Under the pieces are notes generated by a model, which worked only from the letters and a program-made list of their open reading frames with translations, was not told the DNA's origin and ran no database searches. A stretch of 64,000 nt of DNA from Podarcis liolepis (Eukaryota). Location: assembly GCA_965112155.1 (NCBI GenBank), contig OZ218112.1; one strand, written 5' to 3'. Position numbers and translations under genes: made by a program. Shown in pieces: positions 50,111-62,248 of the stretch (the first letter of the stretch is position 1; the number at the start of each line of letters is the position of its first letter).

Positions 50111-51018
50111 GTAGAGTATGGTTTCTAATACAAAAGAGGTAAATTACTGGACCAAATTTGGGTGGTGTTAAAACAAAAACTGCAAAGCTTTCAAGGGAGG
50201 TATGTGTAAAATGGCTCAGTTCAACTCACCATGACTATTTACTTTAATAATGTTTTATAAATAAGTGGTCTAAATGTTTTATTATTTATAAATAGACAAA
50301 AATTGCCATGAACAAGGTATTAAGCACACCTTATTGAGTCTTTGCTCAGATTTTGAAACGGTGACTCTATGGTTATTTTTAAGGTTTTAAGCTTGAAATG
50401 GGAGTGAAAACTTGTGGAATGCATGAAGTATGCTTTAAGAAAAGCTAACTAGCATGCTGGCTGTGGTTGATCGGAGTTGTCATCCAACATACCTGGACAG
50501 CATCAGCAAAGGCTGCATTAAGGTTGGAAAGATAGGAATGTACCTTAGACCAGGTCACACTGTTTATCTCACCCTTTACCCTGAGAGGCAGCAGTAGGGA
50601 ACTTTCCCATTACTTGCCACCTGTGCCAGAGACTGAATCTGAGCCTTTATGCATGCAAAGTACATGCTCTGTGCTGAACTACTGGATGAGTCCCACTCTC
50701 CCCAAGTTGTTGCCAACTTATCAGAGAACAATCAGCACAGCCTGCTCCTGCCTCTTTAACAGTAGTTTGATATGCAGGAGTCATTGGATGAAGCTTTTCA
50801 TGGCAGGCATGTAAGATATCTTTCAGTATTTCAAAAATGGGAAGACTATTGTGTGTTTGATAACACTACTATTCTCACAGTAAGAATTAGTAGCACACTA
50901 CATACCTGCCCCCTCATTTCAATATCAGGCAATACTGTAATTCTCTCAACTTCTGATTCACTTGGACTTAGTTTGTCTTGCCCATATAATATCTCTCGCA
51001 GAGCCTGGGAGGCAAGAG

Positions 51019-51148
51019 CAGTGCTTTTTTCTGGGGGTACATGGGGTATGCATACCCCTAAACATTTTGTGAATCTATGTTTTGCCTCATTGAGGAGCAG
51101 TATTTCAATATGAGTAGGAAAAAACATTTTTTAAGAAAAAAAGCACTG
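51019..51148. mobile_element. hAT MITE (CAGTGCTTTTT family) in cdx4 intron 2
   Basis: TIRs; perfect 8-bp TSD GGCAAGAG. Confidence 0.9.
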
Positions 51149-51671
51149 GGCAAGAGTATCCAGTTGTTAAGACACATGAACAGAAAGCATATCTAGAAGC
51201 GGTGCCATCTTGGTGGCACAAGATGCCACCAGAATTTGAGTAAGTTCACTCAAAAGTTAATTAGTTTAGTTGATATTTTAGAATGTAAAATGCTATTTTA
51301 TTTACTGATTGGTTTTACCTGGTGGGCTTATAGCCGAATAAAGTATTATCTATCTATCTAATGAGGGTGGTACATCTGTAACGCTAGGTGAGGGTACTAA
51401 AGATGGCACTGCTTGCTTGCACAGACACATTGCACACAACTTCTTAGAAGCACAATGTATGTCCCTTTCTGTCAGATGTCACAGTCTGCCAACAAATGTA
51501 AAGGGTGGCAAATACATCCATTTTGTTGTTTTGCTGCCCCTCACATTGGACCCAAATGTGCAACACACACCTTCCCAGTGATTTAATTAGAGAAAGGCAT
51601 ACAAAGAAGGACATATGCATTTATAATTTAGTGGTAAGCAACTGAAACCATTATATTATTTGCCCTTGTAG

Positions 51672-51926
51672 GTAAAAATCTGGTTCCAGAACCGAAGAGC
51701 CAAAGAAAGAAAATTAATGAAGAAGAAAATGACAAGTTTTGATGGCAGCAGCCTCAGTTCCATCCAGAGTGACTCAGGTTCAATGAGTCCCATCCCAATG
51801 CCTGACCCACAGACTCATTCAGAAATGGCTGGTACTTTATTCCCACCACCTCCACCACCTGCTCCTCTTCCAATGAATGGCTTACAGCACAATGGAAATC
51901 TCCAGCAAGTTGTGGCATCTCAGTAA
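51672..51926 (+). CDS. cdx4: cdx4 exon 3 (homeodomain helix 3 and C-terminus)
   Basis: Acceptor ttgcccttgtAG, then VKIWFQNRRAKERKLMKKKMTSFDGSSLSSIQSDSGSMSP...LFPPPPPPAPLPMNG...QQVVASQ*. Spliced CDS is 858 nt, 285 aa. Confidence 0.97.
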   Translation, partial: VKIWFQNRRAKERKLMKKKMTSFDGSSLSSIQSDSGSMSPIPMPDPQTHSEMAGTLFPPPPPPAPLPMNGLQHNGNLQQVVASQ

Positions 51927-53461
51927 GGTCATTGCGTTAAAGGAAGAACATGATAAAGCATGGGTACATGGAGCACTACAGTTCACAACGGGAATGTCAA
52001 AGCTGTTTGCAAGAGACCCAACTCTGCAGCCCCAGCATCACAACAGCCATTTGTAAAATACTGAGAACTTCACATCACATCAAGGCCTGGGAGAAAACAG
52101 CAAAACATCCTTTGGCAAGGTCACTTGTGATATGGCAAAATCTCTTTGGGAACCTTGTGTTCTTGACTGCAAAGGTGGTCTGGAAATAGGGGCAGAGAGA
52201 AAGGGGGTTATGGCCGGAAAAACTTTTTTGGAATAAATGCCCCAAATCTGCAGCCCCATACTTTGCTTGATTTGAGACTGAATAATTTTTACACAGAGCA
52301 ATTCCAGTAATTTGTTCTTTCTATAATGTTTTTATTCTGTTCTCTTAACAGGGTGGAGCTAATGACAATTACAAGGAAATGAAGGGTTACACTGAGTCAG
52401 TGTAGCTTGTTGTCAGGACTGGGCATATGCTGTGTTTCTGCAGAAGTACAGGAAAAGTAGACAGTGCAGTATTAGGCACAAAATTCAGCTTCCTAAGAAC
52501 AACTTTCATTTTAAACAGAAGTTTCTAGTCCTTATGGCTAAAAAGTTATGCCTGAAGGTGCACAGGCAATGCCTGATAAAATTTCAGAACCTAGACACAT
52601 AGCTAAGAAAGATTTCCAGTACTTGAGGGCAAACTCCTTGTTCCTTGCCATGACCAGCAATAAATTTTGCAAAATAAGGACACTGTGCAAATTTGCTGAG
52701 TTTGCACAATGGCTTGTCCAAATGCAGATGTTGCTTTTTAGTGTGGAGGTTACACACCAGCCAACTTTTTGCTGATTGGATGTTTCAGATGTAAAGTTTT
52801 CGGATGTTTGAATCCATGGGGAAATTGGGGGGGGGGATAGGTTTGCCATTAAATTATTGTGTTTGGTACAGTATATTAAAAGTTAATAATTTTGGGTTAA
52901 TAATTACAAATCGAATTTACTTCTTAATTATTATTTTTTAATTACAAATGGAGCTACAACTGCTGAACTGTAATCAACCTAGCATTCCCCCCCCCCCCAT
53001 TTTTCCAGTTTATAAGGAAAAGGTGGAACCTCCCCACTCCCAGGAACAGGAGAAACCACCAACATTATAGTAAACGAAAATGTTTGTGTAATCTGAAAAT
53101 TATTAAAGTCCTATTCAGAGTAGACCCACTGAAAGTAATGTAGCTAAGTTAGTATTGGGTCTACCATGAGCAGGGTTAGCACTGACTACCACCCTGTGTC
53201 TCCTACAGTCCTCCACAATGTGAAGCAGACATAAAGCATTCATATCCATAAACAGAAACTGTGACAAAGCAAGGAGGGATATTACATGAATTTTAATCAA
53301 CCTCTTTTTCTGAGCCACCACAATCAGTTTCTGTTTCTTCATATTTGTTATTATATTTATCATGGACTTCTAAAAGCTTAAGGTTTGCCCAGGTTGAAAC
53401 AAACTTATCTATCCTTTCACATGTCGTGGGGAAGGGAAAGGTTTGGAGGAAGGGTAGAAGA

Positions 53462-53467
53462 AATAAA
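53462..53467 (+). terminator. Candidate cdx4 polyadenylation signal
   Basis: AATAAA followed by a U/GU-rich tract; an alternative AATAAA lies at 52232-52237. Confidence 0.3.
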
Positions 53468-54150
53468 ACTGTTTTGTTTTATTTTTTTTCCTGGGTCTTC
53501 ACATCTCTAACCTGAAGCCATGAAATAAGTTTGATGGCACATCACCAGCTTCTGTTCCATTCCATTGTTTAATTCAAGATTCCTGTGGTTTTAATTTTGT
53601 ACTTATTTCATATCTGCACGGGAGCTTATGATTTCATGTCTTGATATTCTCAACTAAATGACATCAGGGTTGCTCTGGACACCAGAATTAATAGAGAAGG
53701 GGAGGTACTCTTCAAGTTCTGGTTTTTAAATTATTAACTAAAATCTACTTCTAAAATTCAGTTGAACAGGAGAGACTCTTGTGCAAAAAGGGGTTGCACA
53801 TACCTAGTTGTATGCACCTAGATTCAGCAGCTGCCAAAAGGAGGTAAGGATGTGTATTTCCAATGAGAAGCCACATTTCCATCCATACTTCGCAGTACTA
53901 AATGTGATACTCATCTGCACCTAATCTGCACTCACAAAAGCTGAGTTCAGATTATCAGTTTTAAACTATGGCTTAGATCAGGGATGAGGAACCTGTGGTT
54001 TTCAGATGTTGCGAGGTTTCAACCTTCATCATCCCTGACCATTGAGCATGCTGGCTGGGACTCATGGGAGCTGGATTCCAACAACACCTGGAGGGTCACA
54101 TGTTCTCTATCCTGGTTTGGAGGGAAATTAGCTGCAGTGAGATTCCAGTA

Positions 54151-54261
54151 CAGTAGTACCTCGGGTTAAGAACTTAATTCGTTCTGGAGGTCTGTTCTTA
54201 ACATGAAACTGTTCTTAACCTGAAGCACCACTTTAGCTAATGGGGCCTCCTGCTGCCGCTG
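54151..54261. mobile_element. Truncated copy of the Tigger-like MITE
   Basis: One TIR end plus internal sequence shared with 32746-32987. Confidence 0.8.
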
Positions 54262-54490
54262 TTTTAAATTAGTATTTGAAACGGGGCAGTGTGTTGGAAG
54301 CTGCATGTTCAGTTCTCAGTTTAATATTAAAAATATAAGAGCTTGACTGCTGAATCAGACCAAAAGCCTGTCTAGTCTATCACTGTGTTATCACAGCAGC
54401 CAACAAGATGCCATGGGAAAACTGCAAGCTAGAGTACAACCCCCCCCCCCTTTCCCTACCTGTGATCCACTGACCCAATTGTGGGGTGAT

Positions 54491-54730
54491 CACTGGTGGA
54501 AGAAGAGGGGGGCGAGGGAGCGCCCTGCCCCCGGCAGTGCGATCCCAGTGGGGTTCCATTCCGGCTGCTCCCCTGCCCGCGCTGGGCACCCCACCCCCAC
54601 AGGCGGTGCGCCCTGCCTCCAGAACATGCGCCATGCTCCTGTGGGAGGCGCATCCCACCCCCAGGACATGCGCCAGCCCCGCCCTGCCTGCTCTCCGCCC
54701 CCAGTGCCAGAGCACAAAGCTCCGCCACTG
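54491..54730. mobile_element. GC-rich hAT-like MITE
   Basis: CACTGGTGGA / TCCGCCACTG ends; degenerate TSD GGGGTGAT / GGGGTACT. Confidence 0.65.
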
Positions 54731-56617
54731 GGGGTACTCTGTCAGTAACCAGGACAAGGACATAGTGCCAGGCTCCTAGTAGCTGTAGAAGGCCTGGCAG
54801 TACCAAAGGCCTGCTGCCACTTAATCTCAGGGTCTGATGTTGAATGCTACTATTTCTTTCTGTATCTGAAAAGGGTTCTGTGACTTGAGTGCACCTAATC
54901 CCTGGTACCTGCCTCAGACCATGAGTTCCCACTTCAAGCCTTGACATATCCCAATATTCAAGAACCATACATCCCTCATATCACGATTCATTTGAGACAT
55001 CATGCCAAACTATGGTTTGCACTATCATTTGGAAACTTAACCAGGATTTGTGTGCTAAATGTAGACCATACAATGTTATAACCTGTTAGTGTAATCCTAT
55101 AAATAGTATCTGTCTACCGAAGAAAAATCATGGCTCAGGGCTGTAGGTGTGCTTTCACATTCTGTCTGCTCAGCTTCAAAAATTTACTCCCCACTCGTAG
55201 TGCAGCAGCTTCTGGACAAAACTGTGTCTTGCCATTTCAGACGCCACACAGAAGCAAAAGCACTGCCTACAGAGAAATGCTATACTCGTGGCCACTTTCA
55301 TGTCGCCTTGGAAGAAACACATAATCAAATAAGAGGGCACAGATTTGCATGTTCTGATTTACATGTATAGATGCAAATTAATAAATAATTATAATTTCAA
55401 ATAGAACTCTGGCGCATATTTCCATAGTAGGAAAGAGTGTAACCAGGTGATCTGTGTTCCTGCTCAGCTGTAGTCTAAGCCTTGCATTCCTTTCTAATGG
55501 TATCTTTAAACAGATACATTATTTTATCCCCTGGAGTTAATAGTTTTATGGTGTTATCTCTCTTTATATGCACTCCTTTACCTCAAAATGCGATAAGGCT
55601 CTCTTGCTGCATTTGAGGGCCCTCCTGCTCATTCTGCTGAGTGGGGTCCTGTACCTCTGCCCCAAAATCTGGCCCAGATGGCACCACTGACCAAACATGG
55701 ATTGGATAACCCCTTGAAACTGTCCTCTATAAAGTATGAAACACGAGGACCCTATAAGCACCATTACATTCAATGGAATTTACTAAATAGGTATAGGATT
55801 GCAGCCTCAAGCTTTCTTCACCATGGTTTTGACATGTTATCTTAATTGAACCTAAGTTAACTGCATGTATTTGATTTGTTAAGATGTTACAGAGGAAAAT
55901 CCTTAAATTTGATATACAAGAGCAGATGAAATCAATTGCAAATTTACCAAAGTCTGCCAAAACGTTTGACTTACAATATTTGCACAGATTTCTATGCAGG
56001 TTGTTGATGGAAGAAGCTTACCCTGTTTGCATCCAAAGCCATCTTCAAAAAGTCATAGGTTGAGGTCCAAACTAGAACGCCACATACTTACCTGTATCTT
56101 TCTGTTATGCTTCAAACAAAACAAAAAAACAAAAAAACAAAAAAAACGCACGAGAAGTTTCAAGTTTAAATGGAGGAATAATGCAGGAATGGGCTGCTTA
56201 ACCTTTTTCTCCTCTAGCTATTTTTATTGTTAGAAGCACATTGCTCTGGGACAAAGGCAGCTTGAGGAGAGCAATTATGAGGAGAAAAGTTAGCAGAGAG
56301 GAAAGAATTAAACAGCTGGGGTCCAACCCAATAGCCCAGTCCACTCCAACAAGAGATTATTCTTTTTTATTAAAACATTATTATTTTTTACAATAATGGG
56401 GGCAAACCACCAAAAACTATCACATGTCGGGCCACCCAGATTGGTGATTTTTCTGCAGGTGTATTCTGCAATATGTCATTGACACAGCAAAAGTGCATTA
56501 AGGGTAGATTTATATTGGACTGTCCACATCTCATTCTGCTTTATTAGTTGATGTTTCCCATTATTGCTATCTGGAGTGCACTCTTAAACTGTAATGCAAC
56601 TTACCGGTAGGTTTGAC

Positions 56618-56744
56618 CAGTGCTCTTTTAGGGTACTCAAGGGTACTCAGTACCAGCACCTCTTTTGTTGTTAAAAAGTGTGACACTTACTGTAACAAGT
56701 TCATGGTGAGTACTGGCACCTATTTTTCTAGGAAAAAAGCACTG
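56618..56744. mobile_element. hAT MITE (CAGTGCT family)
   Basis: TIRs; TSD GGTTTGAC / AGTTTGAC. Confidence 0.82.
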
Positions 56745-58323
56745 AGTTTGACAAAAGATTTGTGGTATAAAAAGTTACCAGATTTCAGTAGGAAGTTACA
56801 GGACACACACTGATTGGAAATGAAGCCGTATATTGGCCCCAAAACTTTTGCAGACACCAACAGTATTGAAAGCTAGTTTGAATATAACTATCCCATTACC
56901 ATCATGAGCACAAATAATCATGAATGCATAATAAAAAGGACATATGGAAGGGTTCCAAGTCTGGCCCTGTGTGTCGTTTTCAGAAATATTAACTACTGAA
57001 GGGTGAAAGGAACAGGAGACAAAGCAAATAATTCACCTCCTGAGTGGGTCAGTGGAAAGTGCTAAATATGTTCATTTTTACATTACTCTGTTATCCAGTT
57101 TTGAAAGTTGTTTTGAAGCTCAAAGACTCTTGATTGTCTTAGGCAGTAACAATGGGTTCCACCTTCTAAAAAAACTAAACAAACATTATAACAGACCTTA
57201 AAGTTGCTTTATATACACAATTTTTAACAAACCATCCTTTGTTGATGTGGTGCCCTCCAGATGTTTTGGACTCCCATCAGCTTCAGCCAGCATGGAATGG
57301 CAAAGGTTGCAATAAATGATGCAGATGTTTTCATTGTAGTGTGGTGTAAGCTACTACAGGAAATGTCAAGGCACAAATGCTTTTGCTGTTATTCCTTTTG
57401 ATCATAAGTAAAAGTACAAAAAACAAAACCCTACAATAAATACACTAACTGATCATATTAAAATGTAGGCAAGAAAATTATTCTTTTATATCTCAGTTCA
57501 AATATGAAAAGAAGTGATATTGAACAGCCCATGCAATATCAAATTGCCATCAATTTACATTGGTATCAATGAACAAAGCAAGGATTATGTTGCATTTATC
57601 CTCCTAAACATATTTGAAAAGTCCTTAGAAATTCCATGGTGGCCATTAAAGGAAGAGAAACTTACACTTCCTGGTGTGAAAATTTGGGACGTCAAAACAA
57701 AAACAGCACTTTAGTCACTTGTTCCAGGATCACTGCAGGGTTAGTTTATCTGGTAAACCTTGTTTACATACAGGAGATAATTATGAAGGAAGATAAGGAA
57801 AGGCTTTGAAGACATATTTTAATCTAATTTGCTAAAATGTTGCTTACTTTTGATTGCAATATGTTTTCATTAGATGCAGCTAGTATGTAACATAAAGCAG
57901 AGTTTTTAATAAGGCAGTACCCAAAAGCTAAAATCAGAACTGAAAAGTTTAAATCAGTAGATTTAAGAACAAAAAGACAACTTTTTTGGAGCTGTTATAC
58001 CTCAAGAGCACAGTTGTTTATATAGTTTTCAAGCCACTTGTAGCCCTAGTTTATTACTGCATTACAGAATGCGTAAGGAAATGATAAAGACGGTCCTTCT
58101 AACAATGAGCCTTTATTAATCAAGTTGCAAGTTATTTCACTCAGTAGCACAAAAAGCAGTATCTCATGGGGGAAAATGCAGTTATATTTGAACTCAATAT
58201 ATTAATTGGTTAAAAGGTAGATTAATAACTAAAATATGTCTAATCTATTGACAGCCCTAATTAAAATATATTGCTATAAAATTGAACAATGCCTTAATTA
58301 TCATTAGCCTAGTAGTTATATAG

Positions 58324-59010
58324 TGTTATGAGTTTGTGGGTGCCAGGTTCCTCTGAATCCCTGGAACCAGTAAGTGTTAGAATTTAATTAAATACTGCTA
58401 ATTTCAGAAAACTACCAGACAACTACAATCCCCGGATCCAGCAAAGTATTAGAATCTAATTAAGGTTTGGGGTGCTAAGAGGTGTACTAGCCATCTCTAA
58501 TCCTTGGATCACCAAGTGTTAAAAGATAATTAAGCTCAGCTAGTTTCCTTTTGAGGTGATAGGCAGGTTATGGGCCATTCAGAAAACATGGGCTCCAAGG
58601 GACTTAGTGAGACAGCCAAATGGTTGGGGCCCCTCCAGCAACTGATAAATCCAGAGTTTAAAATAAAGAGTTAGAAACAATGTGAGTTAGAAGTTTAGGG
58701 TAGAGGCAGTAATGTGACCTAGAAGTAAAGTAGGAACAGGAGAGTCAGAGCAATTTTCTGAGAGCGAGGTTTGAGAGCTTATTTGCATTCAAGGCTTTGG
58801 CTGTGAGAAAAGCAAGGCCTGCTTGGAGTGTTAATGCTGTGAACACCTTCACTGGAGGCTCAGGTTGTATATATGTGTAAATACACTATATATCCTACGA
58901 ATACCACAGTCTCTGATGTGCCACATTTCCAAAAGGAAATACGGACCCTGAGTGAGAGACTGAAACCCCTGGAATCTTACATAGCTCAAAGACAGGAGTA
59001 GCATACAACA
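58324..59010 (+). mobile_element. Probable solo LTR (Gypsy-like)
   Basis: TGTTATG...CATACAACA termini; 4-bp flanks ATAG/ACAG; internal short repeats and a degenerate polyA-like U5 region. Confidence 0.5.
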
Positions 59011-59553
59011 ACAGTGATTCTTTAACATCAATTTTACTCATTTGAAACCATGCAGGAAGTATGATTCAGTAAGCATTTTGTTAACTGTAACAAAGAAAAA
59101 GCTATTTTATGCAATAAATGTTTGTAAAATACATTTGTACAAGTGGAAAGCCAGAATATTTGCAGGTGTTTTTTACTTTGCAGCACTTTGTTTCCTTTCC
59201 CCCATTTGCACACATCCTTTCATAAACAAAGAGAACTGGAGCAGCAGCCAGAGTGGCCAGAGTGTTTGTACAAGAGTGGTCATTTTGTTGACTGAAATTC
59301 TTGCATTTCCTATGGAGAAAGAGATGGACCAGGGATCAGAGAAACTGTTGGTGTGTGGGGAAAGAATGTATGTCCACCAGCCTGCCTTCCAGACATCTTT
59401 GGTCCCTGAATTTGGGAAAGAAGCCAATTATTCCTTATGCCCTCAACATTTCTTTCCTGAGTGCCAAACCTTCTTTCTTCCATGGAACAGAAGGCTTGAC
59501 CAAGACATTTCGGTGGCTGAAATATCTAAACAACAATTATCCCATCTGTTAAT

Positions 59554-60015
59554 GTTGTTGTTGTTGTTTAGTCATTTAGTCATGTCCGACTCTTCATGAC
59601 TCCATGGACCAGAGCACGCCAGGCACTCCTGTCTTCCACTGCCTCCCGCAGTTTGGTCAGACTCATGTTTGTAGCTTCCAGAACACTGTCTAACCATCTC
59701 ATCCTCTGTCGTCCCCTTCTCCTTCTGCCCTCCTTCTGTGCTCCTTCTGCCCTCAGTCTTTCATCTTTTTCATCAGACCCTCATCAGGGTCTTTTCCAGG
59801 GAGTCTTCTCTTCTCATGAGGTGGCCAAAGTATTGGAGCCTCAGCTTCACGATCTGGCCTTCCAGTGAGCACTCAGGGCTGATTTCCTTAAGAATGGATA
59901 CGTTTGATCTTCTTGCAGTCCATGGGACTCTCAAGAGTCTCCTCCAGCACCATAATTCAAAAGTATCAATTCTTCGGCGATCAGCCTTCTTTATGGTCCA
60001 GCTCTCACTTCCATA
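59554..60015 (-). mobile_element. RTE-BovB LINE 3' fragment
   Basis: ORF YGSESWTIKKADRRRIDTFELWCWRRLLRVPWTARRSN; (CAA)n tail; perfect 11-bp direct repeat CATCTGTTAAT at 59543-59553 and 60016-60026. Confidence 0.93.
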
Positions 60016-60424
60016 CATCTGTTAATATAGGGCACAATACATCATGAAAAATTCCTGCACATGCTCTATTGCAATAATCAGAAACTACTGTACTCTTATG
60101 CAGTTTATTTCATTTCAATAAGGATTGTGCAGGAACTGATGGTGGATTGTGAGTGACAAGTCACTGGCCACTTCATTTTGCCTTTCCTTTCCAAACCTGG
60201 TATCCTTCTGATGTTTTGGGGAACAGCCATGCAAGCTAGGGTTGATATAAGTCATAGTTCAAAATATCTGGAAGGGCAGCTTTTCCTGCATTTAGGTGAG
60301 GTTCCTGGGTGTACCAGCGCCAGCTTCCATGCTGTTAGGTACCATCTATAGGTAAGTTTCAGAATGAGTTCTCTTTTCTGTGTTTGTTTGTTTTGTAACA
60401 CAAGAAAATCTTTAATAAAAACTA

Positions 60425-60666
60425 CAGTGGTACCTCAGGTTAAGTACTTAATTCATTCTGGAAGTCTGTTCTTAACCTGAAACTGTTCTTAACCTGAAGC
60501 ACCACTTAAGCTAATGGTGCCTCTTGCTGCTGCTGCGCCGCCACTGCACGATTTCTGTTCTCATCCTGAAGCAAAGTTCTTAACCCAAGGTAATATTTCT
60601 GGGTTAGCAGAGTCTGTAACCTGAAGTATATGTAAGCTGAAGCATATGTAACCCGAGGTACCACTG
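60425..60666. mobile_element. Tc1/mariner (Tigger-like) MITE, same family
   Basis: CAGTGGTACCTC TIRs with TA TSD; followed by (AAC)n. Confidence 0.9.
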
Positions 60667-60667
60667 T

Positions 60668-60721
<54 letters not shown>
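60668..60721. repeat. (AAC)n microsatellite
   Basis: Directly visible. Confidence 0.95.
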
Positions 60722-60722
<1 letters not shown>

Positions 60723-61549
60723 CATCTGGAGGGAAACCAGGTTGGAGAAGGTTACCTTACAGTTTGGAGCCGTCTCTGTTCCCAACTAATCCCCAGATAC
60801 TGACTGAAATGTCCATTTCTTGCTTAATGCTATCAAAATCTGAACATATGACCAAGGAAATGAAACAAGTGAAGGAGTGAGGAACCTTTTCTATCCCAAG
60901 ACTACATTGCCTGCTAGACAATCTTCTGAGGATGACATGTTGTTTGTGGGCAGGGCCAGAGGCAAAGTGGGAAGAACAACAGTTGTGAATTTTACCCTTG
61001 TACAGTAGCATCTACACCAGCTCCCACACCCCTCTCCATCTTTCATCCAGGAAACAAGAGTCATGGTCAGAGTTCAAGGGCACATTCCAGACAGGCAAAA
61101 ACACTCATAGAGGGTACATGGCAGGGCTAGTGAGGATGTGTGGCCTGTGGAGACTTCTCAGGGCTAGATATGGGTCCTGGAGAGTCACATTTTGTCATTG
61201 TGCCTAAATTTCCCCACTTCTGAAAATGAGAGTTAAACTTTCCGCTACTAGATACTGAACTTTCCTTCACCTTCACTTGTTAGAGAAACTCTCTTGCTTG
61301 CCTTTTACCCATCTCTCTGATGGTCACAGCTTCCCTCTTTCCTGGAATTAGTATGGATGTACTAGTCTGAATGGTGTCAAGGTGTAAAGAGCTCTGAAAG
61401 AATCCACCTATCTGAGAAGCTAAAGGTCTCATAATACGTCACATCTCTTTTGCAAGGACATCCTTTGACAAATACCTTAGTGTTTAGTTATATATCATGT
61501 AGGATTTTATTTTTATTTTTTAAATGTAAACAAAGAGAGCAAGACAGAG

Positions 61550-61823
61550 CTAGCAGAAAGGTGGGGTTGCTTGGATGCGTCAGCTCTTCATTTGAATGGA
61601 CATGCACTTAGAGAATTGGCAGACCTTTTCCTAAACCATGACTACCAGAAGCTTGGTAACACAATGACTGGTAACACAATGACTGTTAATTCAAAATAGA
61701 GTAATAGATTCAATCAGATTGTGATGTGTTCCAAAGACCAGCAATAACTTATATTTCACCTTATATAAGAAGAGAGTAACCAACAAGCAGGATGTCAAAA
61801 AAAATCCACCAGTCAATGATGTC
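61550..61823 (+). promoter_or_regulatory. Duplicated, degenerate copy of the cdx4 proximal promoter
   Basis: Blocks shared in the same order with 36075-36330: aaggtggggttg, cttcatttgaatg, tggtaa...tgttaat, aagagagt, aagcaggatg. Confidence 0.75.
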
Positions 61824-62248
61824 ACGTATGTAAGCCATCTTTTGGAAAAAGAAACCAGGATCCCTAAGGAGCAACAATAACCATCTAACAACACAAAACT
61901 CTGCCTCCACAGCACCACATACAGATTGCATGGCTTATTGTCATCTGCCAAGTATGGAAAACCATGGACTGGTAAACCGGTCTTTGGGGAGCTGGGGTTC
62001 TCATGATGACCCAGAAAGGGAAGATTGGCATTCTTACGACCAAGGACCCTCCAGGACAGATACTTGTTTACAAATGAATTCCTTATCTCCTAAAAGGGTT
62101 TCATACAGTGCTGCTAATCACAGCTCCCAAATCTTCTGTGCCTTCACCTTCTGTTACACAATTAATATGGATCAAGTCTCTCCCCATAGTCAAAGACAAA
62201 ACTCATCTTATGAATGGATGAGAAAATGCATGTACTCTACTAATAAAG
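61824..62248 (+). pseudogene. Diverged tandem duplicate of cdx4 exon 1 (cdx4-like pseudo-exon or truncated paralog)
   Basis: ACG TAT GTA AGC CAT CTT TTG GAA AAA GAA reads (M>T)YVSHLLEKE. After a net 11-nt deletion the frame from 61855 reads PGSLRSNNN...QNSAST...MAY...GSWGSH...REDWHSY...QMN..SP..VSYS...SPHSQRQNSSYEWMRK, colinear with cdx4 exon 1. The donor position reads AAAG|ATAAGT. Confidence 0.92.

Noticed and set aside
54380-54968. Cluster of overlapping 75-170 aa ORFs
   Set aside because: Caused by the GC-rich MITE at 54491-54730; no protein homology evident
59042-59599. 185-aa ORF
   Set aside because: Non-ATG start, no recognisable domain, and it runs into the BovB tail
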